The position numbers were made by a program, and so were the translations under genes. Shown here piece by piece: positions 55,947 to 64,000 of a stretch of 64,000 nucleotides of DNA (the first letter of the stretch is position 1; the number at the start of each line of letters is the position of its first letter). Origin of the DNA: Octopus bimaculoides (Eukaryota). The notes under the pieces were generated by a model that ran no database searches, had not been told where the DNA came from, and worked only from the letters and a program-made list of their open reading frames with translations. The stretch covers positions 33,646,113 to 33,710,112 of the forward strand of contig NC_069004.1 of NCBI RefSeq assembly GCF_001194135.2. Direction: 5' to 3'.

Positions 55947-56320
55947 CCTTTGTTAAATAATGAAGACTCTTTCTGTTATCACAGATCAATATCTAAAAAT
56001 CGATAGCTTATCAACTGTATCAATATCAAAGTCTTCAATTAACAATTTTAATCTAAATGAAACACCGAACCAGTTCAAGTGGTTCTTTATAATGACTTTG
56101 GATTATCGATAGATTATCAGATTTATCTTTACTATTTATCCTGTGCTTGTTTCAGTCATTGGAGTACAGCCGTTGCTGGTGCATCGCCTTGAAGGGTTGT
56201 TAGTCAGACAAATCGACTCCAGTACTTTTTTTTGCTGAAGACTGATACATATTCTGTCGGACCTCTTTGCCGAACCACTAAGTTACAGGGACCAGCTGTC
56301 AAGCAGTGATGGGACACAAA

Positions 56321-56365
<45 letters not shown>

Positions 56366-57168
56366 GCATCTATATATATGCGACAAGCTTCTTTCAGTTT
56401 CCATCTGTCAAATTCATTCACAAGGCTTTGTTCGGCCCGAGGCTATATCAGAAGACACTGGGCCAGGGACTGAACACGGAACCCTGTGACATCGTTCATC
56501 TTCCAAGAGCTTGAGACACAAAGAATTTCACAAAAGGATGTCCATCACTTAACGTAGTTCTCAGGAAGATTTAACGTGACACAAAATGTGACAAGGCTGG
56601 CCCCTTTCTAATTACAGGTACACCTCATTTTTGCCAGCTGAGTGGACTGGAGCAATGTGAAGTAAAGCGTCTTGCTCAAGGACACAACGCGCCGCTGGAA
56701 ATCGAACTCATGGCCTTACGATCGTGAGACGAATACCCCTAACCACTCAGCCCCACGCCTTACACACACACACACACACACACACACGTGTGTCTTTGTT
56801 TATTCCCCATAACTTAGCGGTTTGGTAAGATATCGACAGAATAAGTAGCAAACTTCAAGGGAAAAGCATAAATATTGGGGGCAATTTGTTTAACTGAAAC
56901 CCTTCAAGGTGGTACCCCAGCATGGCCACAGCCCAGGGAATGAAACAAATAAAACATAACCCCCCCCCCAGATTTATATTCACGTCTGTGTATGTTACCC
57001 TGACCTTTGACATATGTGAATCATTTACAACTTGCCTCGTGGCGGACGTGTCTAAACCTGGTGGAGATTTTTAAAATTCTTTCAGTTAGCTTACTGTCAA
57101 GGATTGGCGATGAGTTTCGGAGGCGAGGCAATTGTCAAAGTAAACCGTCCTAATACACACACACACGC

Positions 57169-57217
<49 letters not shown>

Positions 57218-60200
57218 TGTACTGGAGTGTGAGTTCGCACGAGCGACCGTCTGTTTCACTCTTCAACCTTGAAAAAACTAAAGAAACAAAAAGAACTTGA
57301 CGGGAATTGCCGAACAAATAGACAAAACAGAACCATTTTCATTTTCACTTTCGTGATACCATCTCCGAAGGAATGCCAGTTGTGTGTGTGTGTGTGTGTG
57401 TGTGCGTGTGTGTGTGTATGCGTGTGCGTGCGTGCGTATGTGTATTGTGACTTAAGAAGTCTTCAACAACAGAAAAGACCAATAAAGAAAGTCGAGAGAA
57501 TTGCCGCTTGTCCATGCATGCAGTGACAGGTGAGACAAGTGACAGGCCATTGTTGTTGTTGTTGTTGTTGTTGTAACAGAGTATTAAGAAACAATAACAA
57601 AGCATTTAACTCCTTCTCCTACCCCTCCTCTCTACCTGATGACATCATGTACAGGGGAGTGATGGGAGAAGGAGTCACATTTACACACGTCCTCGCACAC
57701 ACACACACACACACGCACACCATTCACACACGCACGTCTTCATACTCTCACACATACGCACATACACACACACATTTACATAAACTCTCACATTTATACA
57801 CACATTTACATATTACTTGCTATCTCTCCCTCTCTGTCTATCTCTCCCTCTCTCACACACACATTTACATACTCTCTCTACATATACTTTCTCTCTCATA
57901 CACGTACACACTCTCTATATCTTTCTCTCCCCCTCTCTCTCTCACACACGTTCATACACACTCCCACACACATTTACATACTTTCTCCCCCTCTCTCTCC
58001 CCCACACATACACACTTTTTTCTTTATCCCTTCCTCTCTCTCACGCACCCACACACCTTCATACACACACTCCCACACACATTTATCACACACACACACA
58101 CCTACACCGTGGAAATGCCTGGAAATTCTTATCGATTCAACGCTAAAAGAAGGTATGTCTGACCCGACATTGCAAGTCCTGATCACACCTTACGATTAAA
58201 TACGTTCCACCTATGACCATCCCGTTTTATTCCTAGACACAATGATTCACCATTACATAATTCAACGTGTCCTTCCATTTTTAAAGACAGTAGCGTGTGA
58301 ATTTAAGGGCTCTTGGTTACTATTTCTTGCGGCTCAAGCAACTAGATAAAAAGTCCCTTTTATATGTGTATGTGTGAGTGTGTGTGTAAAAGGGATCAGA
58401 CAGTAAAATACGCCCGTTTTTAATTCGATCCCTCATCACCAGAGAGCGCAGGTGGCTGAGCGGTCAAGGTATGTGGTTCATGTTCTGTCCAGGTCAATAA
58501 ATATATCTACATGTGATCTATATGTTTCCGTCTACATGGTCAGAAACCACATCTACATGTTGTGGACTTTTACATGTCGATACGTTTTACGGTCAATATG
58601 GTCAGCAACAACATCTATAGACGTTTCAAAAATGAAATAAATTCACACACACACACACACAATTTTTTGTAGAAATCGTGAGAAATCATTTCCAACATGT
58701 ACTATAAAAAGAAATCCTACATAGCATATGGAAAATTAATCAATAGGTGTCGCTATATTTACAACATGACGCAAGATTGTTTACATTGAATAATGATGAA
58801 ACGATCGTAAACCATGCATGAAAATAATTTGCTAATTTAGGTGCGTTCATGATTTAGCTTTAGCAATCAATCGATTGATTGATCGACTGAAAATATACGG
58901 AACCTCCTCCACAAGCTATCTACCTCAGAGCGAAAACACACACACACACACACACTTGCATATATGTGTATATATATATATATATATATNNNNNNNNNNN
59001 NNNNNNNNNNNNNNNNNNNNNNNNNNNNNNNNNNNNNNNNNNNNNNNNNNNNNNNNNNNNNNNNNNNNNNNNNNNNNNNNNNNNNNNNNNNNNNNNNNNN
59101 NNNNNNNNNNNNNNNNNNNNNNNNNNNNNNNNNNNNNNNNNNNNNNNNNNNNNNNNNNNNNNNNNNNNNNNNNNNNNNNNNNNNNNNNNNNNNNNNNNNN
59201 NNNNNNNNNNNNNNNNNNNNNNNNNNNNNNNNNNNNNNNNNNNNNNNNNNNNNNNNNNNNNNNNNNNNNNNNNNNNNNNNNNNNNNNNNNNNNNNNNNNN
59301 NNNNNNNNNNNNNNNNNNNNNNNNNNNNNNNNNNNNNNNNNNNNNNNNNNNNNNNNNNNNNNNNNNNNNNNNNNNNNNNNNNNNNNNNNNNNNNNNNNNN
59401 NNNNNNNNNNNNNNNNNNNNNNNNNNNNNNNNNNNNNNNNNNNNNNNNNNNNNNNNNNNNNNNNNNNNNNNNNNNNNNNNNNNNNNNNNNNNNNNNNNNN
59501 NNNNNNNNNNNNNNNNNNNNNNNNNNNNNNNNNNNNNNNNNNNNNNNNNNNNNNNNNNNNNNNNNNNNNNNNNNNNNNNNNNNNNNNNNNNNNNNNNNNN
59601 NNNNNNNNNNNNNNNNNNNNNNNNNNNNNNNNNNNNNNNNNNNNNNNNNNNNNNNNNNNNNNNNNNNNNNNNNNNNNNNNNNNNNNNNNNNNNNNNNNNN
59701 NNNNNNNNNNNNNNNNNNNNNNNNNNNNNNNNNNNNNNNNNNNNNNNNNNNNNNNNNNNNNNNNNNNNNNNNNNNNNNNNNNNNNNNNNNNNNNNNNNNN
59801 NNNNNNNNNNNNNNNNNNNNNNNNNNNNNNNNNNNNNNNNNNNNNNNNNNNNNNNNNNNNNNNNNNNNNNNNNNNNNNNNNNNNNNNNNNNNNNNNNNNN
59901 NNNNNNNNNNNNNNNNNNNNNNNNNNNNNNNNNNNNNNNNNNNNNNNNNNNNNNNNNNNNNNNNNNNNNNNNNNNNNNNGCCCGGTGAGAAGATTGAACT
60001 CTTTATCTCCTCCTCCTCCCCCTCCTCGTCGTCGTCCTCCTCCTCCCTCCTTTCAGCTGTACCCATTTTCTCAGACATCTGTTTTAATACATTAAAACTG
60101 ACGAAAGAAGCAACGAACCATCTCGTTTTGTTTCTTCACCTCGTTTTATCCGTTGCCGGTCGGCTGGCTGGTTGGTTGGTTGGCTGGCTGGCTGGCTGAC

Positions 60201-60764
60201 TCGCTGGCTGGCTGGCTGGCTGGCTGCTCATGCTCTACCGTGGTGGCCGAACCTCCTTCCCTAACGTGCTCACTCAGCCTGCTAGAAATAATAGCCAAGT
60301 CTCCTTTAACATACACACTACAGTCTCTGCATCGTATATATGTGTTTGTGTGTGTGTACCGTTATAGCCCCAGGCCGAGCAAGGCCTTGTGAGTGGATTT
60401 AGTAGACAGAAACTGAAAAGAAGCCCGTCATAGCTGTGTGGTTAAGAAGCTCGCACTTCGCAACCACGATGTTTCGAGTTCAGTCCCACCTCGAGCAAGC
60501 ATTTTCTACGATAGTCCCGGACCGATCAATGCTTTGTGAGTGGATTTAGTTGATGGAAACTGTATGAAATCCCATATGTGCGTGATTGTCTTCAGACTAC
60601 TTGATAACCGGTGTTGGTTCATTTATGGCTCTGTAACTTAGCAGTAGAATAAGTACCAGAACTTAAAAAGCATAAATACTGGTGTCAATTTGTTTGATCA
60701 AAACCTTCGAGGCGGTGCCTTACCGCTGTTCGATCATCGTCACCAACTTTCGTTCACCTTCTGT

Positions 60765-61140
60765 CTCCTCCCCGACAGAATCGTTTCGTCAGCGGAGCCG
60801 CCCTACTGACCTGCAGCACCTCACATGAAGCACGTCATCTCAGACGCCTTCTGTCATCTGGTGTCATCCACCCTTACTTTCCATTCTTCACACCCATACA
60901 ACACTACTGGCCAGACCAGGGGTTCTTTTAAGAGGTTTCACTTAGAGCTTTTACTGAGGGCACAGTCTGTCTGTATTGTACTTAGTGACCTCAGGAATGG
61001 TCTTCCTGCACCAAGTCTTTTGCCGATTTCCAAGCTGCAGTCCATTGTCTTATCAACAACGAAGGCCCAGGTACTAGAACCTGTCAACCAGGGGTAGCCT
61101 AAACCCTTGACATCGTAAGACAAGCCGCCCTCGTTCCCCA
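60765..61140 (-). mobile_element. Degenerate RTE/BovB-like LINE fragment
   Basis: Translation DCSLEIGKRLGAG...LVWPVVLYGCEEW...KASEMTCF matches the RTE post-RT motif (LV.PVV.YGCESW...AFEMWC). Confidence 0.8.
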
Positions 61141-62506
61141 CTGGCTGCTGTGATCTTTGTCTTTTAGTTCTGGTCTCGAACGGAAACTCACAAGAAAGAT
61201 TCCACTACAAATTCATTAAATTACAATTCCGGTCTTCAGATTTAAACTTTGCTGTGAAGCAAACCACATTCTCGTTTGCTGCATTTAACAGTCGTTCTAA
61301 TGATTCCTTGCATAATCTGCTATATAGACAGCAGCCACATTTTGGCAGTCATGAACCCAGCGTGGTATTTTCTCCTGTCGTAGCAGCTTATTTACAGAGC
61401 CTACTTAACTAACCATTTGTAATAGCTACAGATTTGTCCTTCCTGTGTACAAACTTTGTCGTTTTGCAGTTTTAATTCGAGGCCAGCATGGAAAATGTTA
61501 TATCTGTGTGGGGAAATAAAATTCTGTTAATTGTTCACGAGTGTTGTGCATTCATTATACGCAGCCGGAACCGGGCTCAACCACCAATAGCTCACGTCGT
61601 TCGTTCTATGACCAACGTGACACTTGGTAACCACACCCACTAGACTGAGGAGGGGTCCGCTTTGAGCGGCACTTTTAAAAGGGCGGCACTTTTAAAAGGG
61701 TGACACTTTTTCATCCTGTTGTAGAGTATTGTTGCAGGAAATATGTGCTTTTTGTGGGGTCCGGGCGCGGCAAACGGAAGGACCACCCCGGGCGGTACAC
61801 ACTCTAGCTACACTAGTGACCACATCTTCATATTTTGGCATACAACAGAAGCTCAAGGGTTTAACCTACGATGACACCTTAACTGTTAATTAATTTAGCT
61901 CAAAGATGATAATAAAACTCATAATTTCATAAACGCGAGGAAGAAATGTCGCTAAAACGCCAGAAAAAATGTCATGCAGCTTTTTTCTTCAGGCTCTTCA
62001 AGAGCTGAGTTCAAATCCCGCTGGGGTCAACTTCACCTTTGTTCCATCTTTCTCGGATCGATACAATATCAGTGAAGGACTGATGGCGATATAATATCCT
62101 TTCTAGAGAAGCATCTTAGACGTGAATGGAATTATGAAAGAAGACAATAAAGCCTTCAACGAGATTTGATCTCATGAACGTGAAAGACCGTAAATACCAC
62201 AAGGCCTCTTGTGTGCGGTGCTCTAGCGATTCTTTCTGTCAAATCCAAGGCAGTGAAGTTGCTACGATCCCGCCTTCTAAGTCTATCTAAGAGTACATAA
62301 ACCAACGCGTCCTCTTCCTTTAAGACTGCGACGGAGGGTTTCGACGGCTGCTAAATCTAGCAAATCGAGGTTCCACATGAATTACAAGGCTCCCTCCTTT
62401 GTTGAGTTTTTCATTCAGCTTCATGGGTTGACGGGAGGGAAGGGAACCCCTCCTCCCCACAAAAAGACGCCCCGTTTTTTTTAGAAATACAGGGGGCGAC
62501 GCAGAC

Positions 62507-62516
62507 GTGACGTCAC
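62507..62516. promoter_or_regulatory. Full palindromic CRE (GTGACGTCAC)
   Basis: Exact TGACGTCA CREB/ATF consensus extended to a 10-bp palindrome, within a CpG-rich unique stretch. Function untested. Confidence 0.4.
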
Positions 62517-62725
62517 CAAACTATTCTCTTTAAAAACAAAAAACAAACAATGCTGTATAAATTTGCGATACAATGAAGTGGTGTGTGTGTGTGTGGAGAT
62601 GGATATACGTGTGTGTGGGTGAGTGTGTATGTGTGTGTGTATGTGTGAATTTATGTGTGGGGTAGGTGTGTTTGGGAGTACGTCTGTGTATGTGTAGTGG
62701 GCGGGAGTTGTCTGTGTGCAGTGTC

Positions 62726-62762
<37 letters not shown>

Positions 62763-63077
62763 CTATGAGCATTAATGTATGTGCGCGCGTCTACATGAGG
62801 ATCAGTGTGTGTGCGTGTGTATATGTGTGTATGTATGTCTGTGTGTGCGTGTCTGCGTATATGTGTGTGCTTGTCTATGTACGTGTGTGTATGTCTGCGT
62901 ATGTTTGTGCCTGCATGTGTGTGTGTGTGTGTGTCTGCGTATGTCTGTATGTGCATGTCTATGTACTGTGTGTGCCTGCGTATGTGTGTGCACGTCTATG
63001 TATATATGTGTATGTTTGCATATGTGTGGGTGCATGTCTATGCATGTGTGTGTCTCTGCGTATGTGTGCGTCCTTAC

Positions 63078-63441
63078 CCCACAAATACACTCTTTTTTGT
63101 TGGTGGTTGTGATGTGGGGGGTGGGGTGGGGTGGCAATAAAATGGAACGATCTGGAGTAAAACAAGGCAGTATTCTTGACGATTTCCGAAAACACTCGCC
63201 CAGAACGGCAAACAGGCTTCTGCTGCTGCTGCTGCTGTTGACGATGATGGCGCCGATGATAAATATGACAAAAGGATTTATTTCCGAACTTGAAAGGCGG
63301 CGGCGACAGCACCGCCATCACCGCCACCATCACAAAACCCAGCATCGTACCACCAACAGCGACATCACCGCCATCACCACCACCCATTCGTCATTCCAGT
63401 GTTATTTAAAAAGTCTAAATGTGACAAATGACCATTTATTT
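63078..63441 (-). other. Candidate 5' (first/UTR or coding) exon of the minus-strand gene
   Basis: CpG-rich unique sequence ending at donor TGGG|GTAAGG (GT at 63077-63076). Several frames are open, so the reading frame is undetermined; the 5' end lies in or near a gap. Confidence 0.3.
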
Positions 63442-64000
63442 NNNNNNNNNNNNNNNNNNNNNNNNNNNNNNNNNNNNNNNNNNNNNNNNNNNNNNNNNNN
63501 NNNNNNNNNNNNNNNNNNNNNNNNNNNNNNNNNNNNNNNNNNNNNNNNNNNNNNNNNNNNNNNNNNNNNNNNNNNNNNNNNNNNNNNNNNNNNNNNNNNN
63601 NNNNNNNNNNNNNNNNNNNNNNNNNNNNNNNNNNNNNNNNNNNNNNNNNNNNNNCTACAAATATATAAATAAATAAAATTAATATAGACAGCGGTGTGCA
63701 ATGTTTTACCAAAAAAGAAAACTGTTATTGTCCCTGAATATGATTAGAGTGTTAGAAACACCTACATTGCTAGAAATAAGAGTTAAAATGCTCTAATGCT
63801 GTAGTGCAGTGGTTCCCAAACTATGAGCCGCGACCAAATGATGGGTCACGATCGGAATCCTAGTGGGTCGCAAGAAGTTATAAAATTACGCATTAGCTTT
63901 GATTTACTGCTGTCTATGGAGATAGTTCAAGACTCATGTTTTCAATACCAGACTGGTTGTACCCAATCATTTCCACCGAAGCACCGGTAGTACCCTTCAG

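Larger units (their letters stand above)
1..64000. repeat. Pervasive simple-sequence repeats (AT, AC, AG, ATC, ACC, AAC, AGT, ATAC) and numerous N gaps
   Basis: Visible throughout; most gaps are bordered by microsatellites. Confidence 0.98.

Noticed and set aside
700-63712. Most supplied ORFs (HTHT, VCVC, YIYI, poly-Q/H/D/S and X-rich)
   Set aside because: Translations of microsatellites or read-through of N gaps; no coding signal.

Overview
Eukaryotic, AT-rich, extremely microsatellite- and SINE-dense draft assembly with many N gaps. Repeat content points to a coleoid cephalopod (Octopus-like); this is inference, not database-verified. Nearly all supplied ORFs are microsatellite or N-gap artefacts, and there is no CRISPR array, rRNA or intact transposase/RT. 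The window looks mostly intronic to an unidentified minus-strand gene: one well-bounded exon at 9359-9606, a strong acceptor at 7833, several small candidate exons, and a possible 5' exon at 63078-63441 in a CpG-richer zone with a perfect CRE palindrome. Recognisable relics include RTE-clade LINE fragments, a mariner C-terminal fragment, several SINE-like families, piggyBac-like and fold-back MITEs. Best leads: (1) three Penelope-type minimal hammerhead-ribozyme-like motifs sharing a U4-to-C core variant, with stem II covariation; (2) a non-tRNA retroposon sharing its 3' tail with an RTE LINE and repeatedly found at (AT)n microsatellites.
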